Of a stretch of DNA of 58,515 nucleotides, positions 26,009-36,050 are shown one piece after another; position 1 is the first letter of the stretch; every line of letters starts with the position of its first letter. The DNA lies in assembly GCA_964480425.1 (NCBI GenBank), contig CAYZPY010000001.1, positions 1 through 58,515 on the forward strand, written 5' to 3'. The DNA is from an uncultured Planctomycetaceae bacterium. GTDB lineage: Bacteria > Planctomycetota > Phycisphaerae > SM23-33. The notes below the pieces were generated by a model. That model saw only the letters and a list, made by a program, of their open reading frames with translations, ran no database searches and was not told the DNA's origin. The translations under genes and the position numbers were made by a program.

Positions 26009-26893
26009 CTATCCGAAACGTCCTGTAACGTAGTCTTCGGTTTGTTTTTTCCTGGGATTGGTGAAAATTTCATTTGTCCGTCCATATTCTATCAACTTGC
26101 CCATGCAGAAGAAAGCGGTCAGGTCGCTGACCCTTGCGGCCTGCTGCATATTGTGAGTGACGATGACGATGGTGTACTCGTTTTTGAGCTGCGCGATGAG
26201 CGCCTCGATTCGCCCGGTGGCGATGGGGTCCAGTGCCGAGCACGGTTCGTCCATCAGCAGCACCTTGGGGTTCGTCGCCAGGGCCCGGGCGATGCACAGG
26301 CGCTGCTGCTGTCCGCCGGACAGTGCCAGTGCGGACTTGCCCAGATTGTCCTTCACTTCTTTCCACAGAGCGGCGTGGTGGAGCGATTGTTCAACCACCT
26401 CGTCGAGCCGGGAGCGCCTGCGTATGCCCTGGAGTCGGGGACCGAACGCGACGTTGTCGTACACGCTTTTTGGGAAGGGGTTGGGGTTCTGGAAGACCAT
26501 GCCGACCTCCTGTCGGAGGTTGACCAGGTTTACCCTTTTATCGTAGACGTTGACGCCGGCGACCTTCAGGAGCCCCTCGGCGCGGACGCCCGGGATGAGG
26601 TCGTTCATGCGGTTGATGCTCCGCAGGAATGTGCTTTTTCCGCACCCGCTGGGACCGATGATGGCGGTCACCCCGCGCGGAAACACGTCCATGGTGATTT
26701 CTTCCACGCCGGTGTTTTTACCGTAGTACAGGGAGAATCGTTTTGAGGTAATCACGGCGGTCTTCTGTCGTGGCGCCGGTTGCGGCTGCTGGTTCTGCGT
26801 CGCCGCGTCGCCTGCGTGGGAGGCGTACGGCTGGGGCTGGGAAGGCCTTTGTCGTGCTGTGGTCTGTGATTGTTCCGTTCTGGAAGCATCCAT
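26009..26893 (-). CDS. pstB: Phosphate ABC transporter ATP-binding protein PstB, with a ~45-aa Q/P-rich N-terminal extension
   Basis: Walker [10 protein letters not shown], signature [14 protein letters not shown], Walker [12 protein letters not shown] and the PstB-typical tail [10 protein letters not shown]. Confidence 0.95.
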   Translation of the reverse strand: MDASRTEQSQTTARQRPSQPQPYASHAGDAATQNQQPQPAPRQKTAVITSKRFSLYYGKNTGVEEITMDVFPRGVTAIIGPSGCGKSTFLRSINRMNDLIPGVRAEGLLKVAGVNVYDKRVNLVNLRQEVGMVFQNPNPFPKSVYDNVAFGPRLQGIRRRSRLDEVVEQSLHHAALWKEVKDNLGKSALALSGGQQQRLCIARALATNPKVLLMDEPCSALDPIATGRIEALIAQLKNEYTIVIVTHNMQQAARVSDLTAFFCMGKLIEYGRTNEIFTNPRKKQTEDYVTGRFG

Positions 26894-26899
26894 TTTGGG

Positions 26900-28552
26900 T
26901 TACCTTCCTCGCAGTTTTCCGGACGCCCGCCAACGCAATATTATAGCGGTAACGTTCAGGATTATGACAATTAAAATAAGCGTCATAACCACGCCGTATT
27001 GCTGGTGGGGGGCGTTTTTTGCATCCGGGTTGTAAAGGATCGCGTAGCTGCTGTAGGATAACACTCGCGTGGGTCCTTTAAAAAGGGATTCTACCATCCC
27101 GCGTTTGGCGAACACAGCGGCCACGCCCAGCAGCGGTGCCGTTTCGCCCGCGGCGCGGGACATGCTCAAAATGGCGCCTGTCAGCACGCCGGGCAGCGAG
27201 GACGGGAGAGTCACCGTCATGAACGTGTGGAACTTGCTGGCGCCCAGCGCCAGTGACGCCTCCTTGTAATGCCTGGGGACGGTTCTGATTGCCTCTTCGG
27301 AGGCGCGGATAATAATGGGCAGTATCAGCAGCGACATCGTCATCGCCCCGGCCAAAACGTTCGACTCGGGGCTGAGGCGAAGCCATTTGAATTTCGGCAG
27401 AAAGCCCAGGAAAAACGCCATTCCGAACAGCCCGAAGACGATGCTGGGCACGCCGGCCAGTGTGTTTATGCAGGTGCGGACGATACGCACGAAGATATTT
27501 TCGCCTGCGCACTCGACGAGGTACGCCGCGGCTATGAGCCCCACGGGGAATGCGAACAGCAGCGATAGGGCGGTTATCAGGAGTGTTCCGAAGATGTCCG
27601 GCCAGATTCCTCCGTAGAGGTGGCTGGGCACGCTGTCGTCGAAAAAGTACCGCCAGTAGAACGTGAAGCGGGGATTGAGCATGTCGTCGAGGTCGTTTTC
27701 GAGGATGGAGAAGACCTTTTCCATCTCTGTGCCCCGGAAATCGGTTACCCGGGCGATGCGCTTCATGACCCGCCTTGAGGATTCGTCGCCGCCTTCGGGC
27801 GTCACCCATGTGGTCTTGTAGAGTATGTCGTCGAGGATTTCCTGCGCCCTGTCCCACCGCGTGGCGCCGTAACGCGATTTGATCAGGATCGACTCGGGCT
27901 TGGTGTCGGGTTTCGGGCCGAGCAGTTTGTAAATAAGTTTCCGGACCTGTTCGAACGATTCGGCGTATTGGTCGCGCTTGTCGAAATTGAAGTTTCTTGC
28001 CACCGATGCGTACCGTCCGGCCAGTTCGAAGAACCGCTGCCCTTCGGTGCCTTTGAAGATGTCCTTGCGGGGATAATCGAGGACTTCGTTGAGGTATTCG
28101 AGCGCTTTTTGGTTTTGAGTGGTCTGGAAAGCGGCGGTGAGTTTTTTCCGCAGCACCCATGCCTCGCCCCTGATTTCGAAACGTTCGTCCCGCGAGATTC
28201 TGCCCTGTTCCTGCCAGTTTTTGAGTTGGTCTTTGAGCTGGCGGTAGACGTTTTTTACCCTTTCCATGTTGGGTTCGACGTCTATGCCGATGGCGAACCG
28301 GTCCATTATTTTGTAGAGTTCGCTTCGGGCTTTGTTTGTGCGCTGCTGTTCGTCCTTGATTTGCTTCGGGTCGCCCCGCCGCCAGTAGTCCTCGTAGAAA
28401 TGCATTTTGCGCCATTCGACGGTGGCGTCGAAGAACACCGCCCGTGCGCCGCGCAGGATCATCGGTCCCAGTATGATGAGCAGAGCGGCCAGCATCAGCA
28501 GTATCGAGCCGCCCGCGGTCAGACTGAAAATCTTGTCCAGGAATCGTCTCAT
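26900..28552 (-). CDS. pstA: Phosphate ABC transporter permease PstA (long form with a ~270-aa hydrophilic insert after TM1)
   Basis: 550-aa ORF whose C-terminal half is PstA-like (…RASEEAIRTVPRHYKEASLALGASKFHT…). It sits between pstC and pstB. Confidence 0.9.
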   Translation of the reverse strand: MRRFLDKIFSLTAGGSILLMLAALLIILGPMILRGARAVFFDATVEWRKMHFYEDYWRRGDPKQIKDEQQRTNKARSELYKIMDRFAIGIDVEPNMERVKNVYRQLKDQLKNWQEQGRISRDERFEIRGEAWVLRKKLTAAFQTTQNQKALEYLNEVLDYPRKDIFKGTEGQRFFELAGRYASVARNFNFDKRDQYAESFEQVRKLIYKLLGPKPDTKPESILIKSRYGATRWDRAQEILDDILYKTTWVTPEGGDESSRRVMKRIARVTDFRGTEMEKVFSILENDLDDMLNPRFTFYWRYFFDDSVPSHLYGGIWPDIFGTLLITALSLLFAFPVGLIAAAYLVECAGENIFVRIVRTCINTLAGVPSIVFGLFGMAFFLGFLPKFKWLRLSPESNVLAGAMTMSLLILPIIIRASEEAIRTVPRHYKEASLALGASKFHTFMTVTLPSSLPGVLTGAILSMSRAAGETAPLLGVAAVFAKRGMVESLFKGPTRVLSYSSYAILYNPDAKNAPHQQYGVVMTLILIVIILNVTAIILRWRASGKLRGR

Positions 28553-28559
28553 TTACCGG

Positions 28560-29549
28560 TTATCCGTGTCTGGCTTTCTTCGACTTTCTTAGGAAGTATT
28601 CGCCGGCCAGGTTAAGGCAGAAGGTAATCAGCACCAGCATCACGCCCAGGGAAAACAGCGCCTGACGATGGATGCCTGCCCGCGGCGCTTCCCTCATTTC
28701 CTGTGCGATGGTGGCGGTCATTGTCTGGACGGACTGCGTTATGTCCCACCAGGGGTGAGCGATTTTAGCGGCCATGCCCGAAGCCATCCACACCGCCATG
28801 GTTTCGCCCACGGCGCGCATTATTCCCAGGATAATGGCGGCGAATATGCCGCTGTGAGCGGCGGGGATTACGACCTTTATCATTACCTCGGCGCGGGTGG
28901 CGCCCAGCGCGTAGGCGCCTTGGCGGATGTCTCGCCCCACCGAGGAAAGAGCATCCTCGGAGATGCTGATGATGGTGGGAAGCGCCATTATTGCCAGTAT
29001 CAACGAGGCGTTAAGGGCGTTTGTGCCGGTGGTCAGTCCCAGGGAGTTCTGCATCCACGGCGCCAGGACGACATACGCGAAAAAGCCGTACGCCACCGAG
29101 GGTATGGCGGCAAGAAGCTCCACCACCGGCTTGGCCATCTGTTTGACGCTGAACGGCGCTATGTCGCTTAGATACACAGCCGCCGATATGCCCAGCGGCA
29201 CGGCTATGAGCATCGAGACCAGCGTTACGATTCCCGAGCCGTAGAACATGGAAAGAAAACCGAAATCGGGGTCTGTGGGATTGGTGGGGTGCCACCGTTT
29301 GGAACTGAGCGCCTCGACAACATGAGCGGAGGCGAGAAATCCCCACGCCTTTTGTGCGATAAAGAAGATTATCAGGAACACCGCCAGTATGGTCACCGAC
29401 GCCACGACGGCGATAAACAACCTCCCCAGGGCATGCAGAATGAAGCCCCACAAGTCCTCCCCCGCAGTTAACATCAGCGACCGGGTGAACCCGGTCGCTG
29501 GTGTCTTGGAATTACTGCTTCTGTTACGGGATTCTTCTTGTTGGGACAC
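28560..29549 (-). CDS. pstC: Phosphate ABC transporter permease PstC
   Basis: 329-aa multi-TM ORF (…ISEDALSSVGRDIRQGAYALGATRAEV…), placed after pstS. Confidence 0.92.
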   Translation of the reverse strand: MSQQEESRNRSSNSKTPATGFTRSLMLTAGEDLWGFILHALGRLFIAVVASVTILAVFLIIFFIAQKAWGFLASAHVVEALSSKRWHPTNPTDPDFGFLSMFYGSGIVTLVSMLIAVPLGISAAVYLSDIAPFSVKQMAKPVVELLAAIPSVAYGFFAYVVLAPWMQNSLGLTTGTNALNASLILAIMALPTIISISEDALSSVGRDIRQGAYALGATRAEVMIKVVIPAAHSGIFAAIILGIMRAVGETMAVWMASGMAAKIAHPWWDITQSVQTMTATIAQEMREAPRAGIHRQALFSLGVMLVLITFCLNLAGEYFLRKSKKARHG

Positions 29550-29568
29550 CGTTATCGGCCTGTAGATA

Positions 29569-30426
29569 TTAGTAGTTGGTCTGCGGCACGAAGCCCTCGG
29601 CCTCGATGATTTCCTGTCCTCTTTCGCTCAGGTAGAAAGTTATGAATTTGTAAATGTTTTCTCCAACCCGCGGGTATCCGTTGGTGAACATGTAAAGGGG
29701 TCTGGATATGAGGTACTCCCCGGAGGCAACGGTTCTCAGTGTGGGCGTGACGTCGTTGACCTTAACGGTCTTGACTTTCTTGTCGAGGTATCCTATTCCG
29801 ACATAACCTATTGCGCCTTTTGTGGTGGCGACGCGGTCGTGCGCCTGTCGGTTTCCGGCCACGGTCTCGGTGCCCGAGGACATCTTCTGGCCGCCCATTA
29901 CCAGGTCGCTGAAGACGCCGAATGTTCCCGAGGACGAATCGCGCGTGATGGGCACGATTTGCGAATCCGGTCCGCCCAGTTCGTTCCAGTTGGTGATGTC
30001 GCCCTTGTATATTTTTTTTATTTGGGTGTCGGTGAGGTTTTTTACCGGGTTTGAGGGGTGGACGATCATGCAGATTCCGTCCAGGGCGACCACGTGTGCC
30101 ACGGGGACGACGCCCTTGTCGATGGCCTTTTTCATTTCCTCGATTTTGATGAAGCGGCTGGAGTTTGCGACGTCGCACTTGCCGTCCATAAGCGACGCTA
30201 TTCCATCGCCCGAACCGGTCATTTGGACCGTTACGCTGACGTTGTCGTGAATGCGTTCGAAGGCCTCTACGAACGCCTGGGCGATGGGACCGACGGTGGT
30301 GGAGCCTTCAATCTGGATTGTTTCTTTTTCTTTTTCTTTCGGGGCGGAGTTGGCGTCCCCGGCGAATCCCGTCAGCAGTAATACTGACGCCGCGATCCAG
30401 ATGACGGCGTTCCATTTTTTGGCCAT
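29569..30426 (-). CDS. pstS: Phosphate-binding protein PstS
   Basis: 285-aa ORF with a signal peptide and PBP_like_2 motifs (IEGSTTVGPIAQ, TGSGDGI, ANSSR, TRDSSSGT). Confidence 0.92.
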   Translation of the reverse strand: MAKKWNAVIWIAASVLLLTGFAGDANSAPKEKEKETIQIEGSTTVGPIAQAFVEAFERIHDNVSVTVQMTGSGDGIASLMDGKCDVANSSRFIKIEEMKKAIDKGVVPVAHVVALDGICMIVHPSNPVKNLTDTQIKKIYKGDITNWNELGGPDSQIVPITRDSSSGTFGVFSDLVMGGQKMSSGTETVAGNRQAHDRVATTKGAIGYVGIGYLDKKVKTVKVNDVTPTLRTVASGEYLISRPLYMFTNGYPRVGENIYKFITFYLSERGQEIIEAEGFVPQTNY

Positions 30427-30513
30427 GATTATCTCCTTGATTTCTGTAAATTACTCTCTGAATTCCGCTCCGTCCCCGACCGGCGCCACCGGTCGAAACG
30501 GTATTAGGCGCTG

Positions 30514-30553
30514 ATAAGAGTTTTATAAACTAATTACTAAGAATAAGTTAAAC
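30514..30553. promoter_or_regulatory. Candidate tandem Pho boxes: four hexamer direct repeats at ~11-bp phasing upstream of pstS
   Basis: ATAAGA (30514), ATAAAC (30525), CTAAGA (30537) and TTAAAC (30548), ~90-125 bp upstream of the pstS start at 30426. This matches the PhoB-box architecture of 11-bp-spaced direct repeats. The region is AT-rich, so a chance occurrence is possible. Confidence 0.4.
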
Positions 30554-30649
30554 CGTTTTTACGGACAGCCGCAAGTCTTTGTGAAGCAGCAACTTAAAGC
30601 CATATGCGCACTATTATATTAATTCTCTTAAAAGAACATGATGTTGGTA

Positions 30650-30666
30650 TTAAGAATATGTTAAGA
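30650..30666. promoter_or_regulatory. Candidate Pho box upstream of the response-regulator gene: TTAAGA-atatg-TTAAGA
   Basis: Perfect 6-bp direct repeat with an 11-bp period, 61-77 bp upstream of the ATG at 30727. TAAGAATATGTTAAG matches TAAGAATAAGTTAAA (30538-30552) at 13 of 15 positions. Confidence 0.4.
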
Positions 30667-30726
30667 TTTTATGAAGACTTTTTTGGTGAGGTTGTAACTG
30701 GACTTTGACGGGTTACAATCTACGCA

Positions 30727-31414
<688 letters not shown>

Positions 31415-31428
<14 letters not shown>

Positions 31429-33208
31429 CTTCTTTCTAAAACTGTTCCTGGGCAACCTTCTGCTGGTTGCCGTGATTATGCTGGTGAGTTTCGGGCTGGC
31501 GTACGTTCGGATAAACAGGCAGTTCAGGAATCGCCAGGAGCTCGAGCAGGAACAGATCACCCGGATGGTGAAGGTATTTTTCGAGGACCTGTGGGCCCGC
31601 CACGGGGACGACCTTACGCGTGAGCGGATAGACCCTTTGTGCAAGAAAGTGATGGAGGGTCTTCCCATGCGCCTGACGGTTATAGCCAGTGACGGTCGGG
31701 TTCTCGGCGACAGCGACAACGACCCCCGCCTGATGGGCAATCAAAGCGAGCGTCCCGAGGTGCGCGCCGTACTGTCCAGCGGACGGGGCGCCGAGGTGCG
31801 CTTCGACGGGACCACCGACCCGGACTCGCGTTATTTCGGTCTGCCGATATATCACGACGATGAGATCGAGGCCGTCGCCCGCGTGGCGATGCCGCTGTAC
31901 GAAATAGCGGCGGCGCGCGAGTTCATACTCCAGGCCCTTTCGATCTCGGCGATGACCGCGGTGGGCGCGGCGCTGATACTGGGATTGCTGATAAGCTGGT
32001 TGTGGTACCGCCCGCTGAGATTTATCACGTTTGCCGCCAGGCGCATCGCGCGCGGCGACCTGAAGCACCGGTTGAGCATAAGGGGTTCGGACGAACTGAA
32101 CCAACTGTCCGAGGCCATCAACCAGATGAGAACGTCGCTGTCGGGACAGATTCAGACGGTCGCCGCCCAGCGGGAGAATCTCGCGGCGGTGGTGTCGAAT
32201 CTACAGGAGGGCATACTGGCGATCGACAGCGACGGGAGGATAGTTCTGGCGAATGATTCTGCCCGTCGGATACTGGACATACCGCAGGAGGACCCGGTCG
32301 GCGAGCACCTTCAGAACGCCGTGCGCCACTCGACGATAATAGACAGCGTCGAGCGGCTTGGCGAAAGCCGCACCGTCAACGAGAAGGTTCACATGAACAC
32401 CGAGGCCGGTCCGGTGATCATAGACCTCCACGCCGCGCGGGTCACCGCTTCCAGGGACACCGGCGTTTACGCCATACTGGTCCTGCGGGACGTCACCGAC
32501 GTGGCGAGGACCGCGGAGATGAAGTCGCAGTTCGTAGCCAACGCCTCGCACGAACTGCGCACGCCGCTGGCGACGATACGCGCGGCGGTGGATTCGCTGA
32601 TTTCGATGAAGGACGAGATTCCCGATGCCGCCGCCAGAGTGGCCACCATACTCGACAGGCACGTCGCCCGCCTGGAGGACATGGCCAAGGATTTGCTGGA
32701 CCTGAACGTGGTGGAGACCCCCCGCCAACAACTCCACGTGGAGAACATCGCCTTTATCGAACTGATGGACTGGGCGCAGGACCGCTTTGGTCAGATCGCG
32801 GCCGACAAGGACGTGGAGCTTAAGGTCCACTCGGACCGTCCGGATTTCGAGTTCAAGTCGGACCCCACGCTGATAAAGCTGATTCTCCAGAACCTTCTGG
32901 ACAACGCGATCAAGTTCACTCCCGCCGGCAGTAAGGTTCAGTGCCGTATGGACACCGACGGGGAGTACGTGATAATGCGGGTCAGCGACACCGGGTGCGG
33001 CATTCCCCCCGAGATGACCGAGCGTGTGTTCGAGCGGTTCTTCCAGATAGAGACGTCCCGCACGGGCGACACGAAGGTCCGCGGCACAGGCCTGGGACTG
33101 GCAATCGTCAAGCACGCCACCGACCGCCTGGGCGGAGAGATAACACTCGACAGCAAGCCGGGGCGGGGCACCACGGTGACGATCGGGATTCCCCCCAATA
33201 TTTCCTGA
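31415..33208 (+). CDS. phoR: Sensor histidine kinase (TM-HAMP-PAS-HisKA-HATPase), PhoR-like by context
   Basis: The ATG at 31415 overlaps the response-regulator stop, which suggests coupling. The H-box is FVANASHELRTPLATI, the N-box LLDNAIKFT, and the G-boxes are DTGCGIP and GTGLGLAIV. The ORF-track start at 31385 is a GTG. Confidence 0.85.
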
Positions 33209-33219
33209 CGAGCGGGTGG

Positions 33220-34812
33220 TTATCTTTTGAACATGATGAGATTATCGCCCCTGTAGATGCGGGTGAAATCCGTGCCGAACGCCACACGAGCGCAAATCAT
33301 CCGGGCGTGTCGTTTCGAGGCGTACAGGCCTGCGTCGATAATTATGTGGGTCAGGTCCTGCGGCTCTTTCAGTAATGCGAGCATTCGCAGGTGTTTTTTC
33401 GAGGTGGGGGTGCTCTGTTCGTATGCGGGCACGCAAGGCCTGGAGGTGAGAAAGTGTACGACCCTGAGGTTGTCGCGGTCGATGCCGATGACGACTTTTT
33501 CGTCGTCCGGCGTCTCGTTGATGATTTCGCTTACGGCGAACCAGTCGGCGTACCGGCCCGATTTGATTATCTGATGGTAGTGCAGGGTGTAACTTGCGTA
33601 TGTGTAATAGAAGGCGTTGCGGAAAAGTCGGGGCGCGTTGCATGCGATGATGACCGCCGCCATGACGGTGGCGCCCCTCAGGTAGTCCCTGGGGCGCAGA
33701 TGCCTGTTTTTTATTTTCGTCGTGTAGCGCAGCGCGGCGAACAATCCGTCAAAACCCAGCAGCAGCAGCATCGGCGCGACCGGCATGAGGTATCTGGGGC
33801 GTACTGCCCTTTTGCCTCCCATTACGCACAGCACCACAACGTAGAGCACCAGTATTAACGGTATTGACCGTATTCCCCGTCGCCACGTCCTGACGCCCCC
33901 CACGACCGCAAGCGCAAGGACGACAATTCCCACAGGCAGCAGGGCCTCCTGGCTGTTGAGGGTCTCGGCGTAGGCGAAGGGCAGTCTGAGGAAACCCGCA
34001 CCGACGCGGAACAGTGTCTTAAAGGGGCTTCGCTGCGTGTTCCTGACGATGTCTCCCACGTAGAGTGGGGTTTTTTCGCTGAACAGATACGCAAGTATGC
34101 ACAGCGCTCCGCATACGATCGCCGACGGCACCAGCACCGCCGACGCCTTTGCGAGGCGCCGTTTGGGCGTTATTTGTCCCCGGCGGCGGTCGAACACCAG
34201 GCCTACCGCCACCGTGCAGACCAGTGCCACGCCCGGCGCGCGTATCGCCACGGCAACGGCCAAGATCACCCCCGCAAGCGCAGGCCAATACAGACTTCGA
34301 CCCCCGCGGGTGTATATGAGGTGCAGCGCCGCCCAGAAAAGCGCGGTGAAGGAAATGTCGGTGAGAATCACGTGCGAGTGGTGGTAATAGGTGTAGGAGA
34401 AACCGGTGGCCAGTGTTATCGCAAACGCGGTGCGCCTGTCGCTGAGGTGCGCGCAGAGGTGATAGATGAACCACAACCCCGTCAGACCCCACAGCGTCAT
34501 CACCAGGTTGGGCGCCCAGAAGTTTTTCCCGAACAGCAGTTCGATTCCCGCCAGCATTGCGGGCAGCCCCGGAGCGACCTCGCTGTTGACGCGCCCGTTG
34601 AATACGTACCCCTTTCCCTCGGCAAGTGAGCGCGCCAGCGTCATGTACAGGGCGCTGTCCGGCGTGGGCCACCATTTGCCGCGGACGCCGACGGCGTATA
34701 TCAGCACCAGTGACGCCGCGGCGGCTAACAGGTGCCATCGGCGGGGGGGGAAATCCGCCAGCCAGTTCGCAGGTGCGTCGGTTTCCGGCAGGTCGCTCGG
34801 CGTACGGGCCAC
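33220..34812 (-). CDS. GT-C fold glycosyltransferase (PMT_2 / ArnT-like, GT39/GT83-type), copy a
   Basis: 530-aa polytopic membrane ORF with a GTG start. The first periplasmic loop motif is WWPTPDSALYMTLARSLAEGKGYVF, about 11 hydrophobic segments follow, and there is a ~150-aa soluble C-terminus. It is paralogous to 37919-39643. Confidence 0.8.
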   Translation of the reverse strand: MARTPSDLPETDAPANWLADFPPRRWHLLAAAASLVLIYAVGVRGKWWPTPDSALYMTLARSLAEGKGYVFNGRVNSEVAPGLPAMLAGIELLFGKNFWAPNLVMTLWGLTGLWFIYHLCAHLSDRRTAFAITLATGFSYTYYHHSHVILTDISFTALFWAALHLIYTRGGRSLYWPALAGVILAVAVAIRAPGVALVCTVAVGLVFDRRRGQITPKRRLAKASAVLVPSAIVCGALCILAYLFSEKTPLYVGDIVRNTQRSPFKTLFRVGAGFLRLPFAYAETLNSQEALLPVGIVVLALAVVGGVRTWRRGIRSIPLILVLYVVVLCVMGGKRAVRPRYLMPVAPMLLLLGFDGLFAALRYTTKIKNRHLRPRDYLRGATVMAAVIIACNAPRLFRNAFYYTYASYTLHYHQIIKSGRYADWFAVSEIINETPDDEKVVIGIDRDNLRVVHFLTSRPCVPAYEQSTPTSKKHLRMLALLKEPQDLTHIIIDAGLYASKRHARMICARVAFGTDFTRIYRGDNLIMFKR

Positions 34813-35098
34813 GGTGTATTCGCTCTTTCTGTCGGACGGGTTCGATGCCCGGTCCGGCTTGTGAAATTTGATTCTCGAACCGCTGGCGGGCGCGCCGCGC
34901 CGTGTTTAACGGCTTCCGGCGAGGCGCCTCGGGTTTTCGCAGACAATATATATCATCGCCGCCGGTCTTTATCAACACCTGTCAGGTCGGCGACGCACGG
35001 TTGGCGTGGAGATTTATTTTCGCCGATGTCACCGGCGGGGTATTTGTGTATATTTGCCTCGGGGCGAACCCGGCACTCGAGGCGATGCGACGATTGTT

Positions 35099-36034
35099 AT
35101 GTCCGACAAGATAAAAATTCTGTTCGTAGGCGGAAGCGGGCGGGGGGGAAGTACGCTCGTGGGCAGATTGCTGGGGCGCCTGGAGGGTTTTGTCTCTGTG
35201 GGGGAGGTCTGGCTGATGTGGGAGAAAAGTTTCTGGAAAAATGAGCCGTGCAACTGCGGCGAGCCGTTCAAGTCGTGTCCCTTCTGGTCGCGGATTGTCC
35301 GTCGGGCCTATGGGGGTGCCGATGCGGTTGACGGGCGGTCGATGGACCGGAAATGGCGCACTTGCATGTCGGTGCGGCACGTTCCGGCGCTGCTGTCGCG
35401 GCGAAAGACGCGCAGATACCGCCGGCGCCTGGAGGATTACACACGCGACCTGCTGCGCTTCTACCGCGCCGTTAAGGATGTTACCCGGTGCGAATATATA
35501 GTGGACGCCTCGAAGGTGGGCTTCCACGGGCTGGTGCTGAGCAATATGCCCCAGATCGAACTGTCCGTGGTGCACCTGGTGAGGGATTCTCGCGCGGTGG
35601 CGTATTCCGAGCGGCGGCGCCGGCGGAGAATACCGCTGGACGGTTATCAGGACGCGGGATTTCTGATTCGACGCTCGCCGGTGAACAGCGCCGCGCGGTG
35701 GATTATATCCCACGGGCTGGTCCGCACGCTGCGGGGCCGCAGCAGGCATTACGATGTAGTGCGTTACGAGGATTTCACCCGCCGGCCTCAACAGACGCTC
35801 AACGAGATTGTAGCGAAGATCTGCGGCCTGGAGCGCCCGCCGGGACCGGTGGAGGGCAATACGGTTACGTTCGAAAACGATCACGTTCCCTCGGGCAATC
35901 CGTCGCGGTTTCAGATGGGTCGTGTGGACATATCCCCGGACGTCGAGTGGCGCCGAAAGATGCCGCACGCGGCAAGGGCGATTGTGACGGGAATGACTTT
36001 TCCGCTGCTGATTCGGTACGGATACGAATTATAG
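35099..36034 (+). CDS. PAPS-dependent sulfotransferase-family protein
   Basis: The ATG at 35099 gives MSDKIKILFVGGSGRGGSTLVGRLLG, a 5'-PSB P-loop-like motif. The 3'-PB-like motif is VVHLVRDSRAVAYS. No signal peptide is present, so it is probably cytoplasmic. Confidence 0.8.
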   Translation: MSDKIKILFVGGSGRGGSTLVGRLLGRLEGFVSVGEVWLMWEKSFWKNEPCNCGEPFKSCPFWSRIVRRAYGGADAVDGRSMDRKWRTCMSVRHVPALLSRRKTRRYRRRLEDYTRDLLRFYRAVKDVTRCEYIVDASKVGFHGLVLSNMPQIELSVVHLVRDSRAVAYSERRRRRRIPLDGYQDAGFLIRRSPVNSAARWIISHGLVRTLRGRSRHYDVVRYEDFTRRPQQTLNEIVAKICGLERPPGPVEGNTVTFENDHVPSGNPSRFQMGRVDISPDVEWRRKMPHAARAIVTGMTFPLLIRYGYEL

Positions 36035-36050
36035 GCGCCGGTGCGCCCGG

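Noticed and set aside
25978-26085. The longer PhoU ORF start at 26085, which adds 36 N-terminal residues.
   Set aside because: It would overlap the pstB 3' end by 77 nt. The internal ATG at 25977 has a GAGGA RBS at proper spacing and yields a normal-length PhoU.
26900-28552. The unusually long PstA (550 aa, with a ~270-aa hydrophilic insert) as a possible novelty.
   Set aside because: As far as I recall, long-form PstA/PstC proteins with large inserts exist in other bacteria such as pseudomonads. The gene sits in a canonical pstSCAB-phoU order. It is not reported as a finding.
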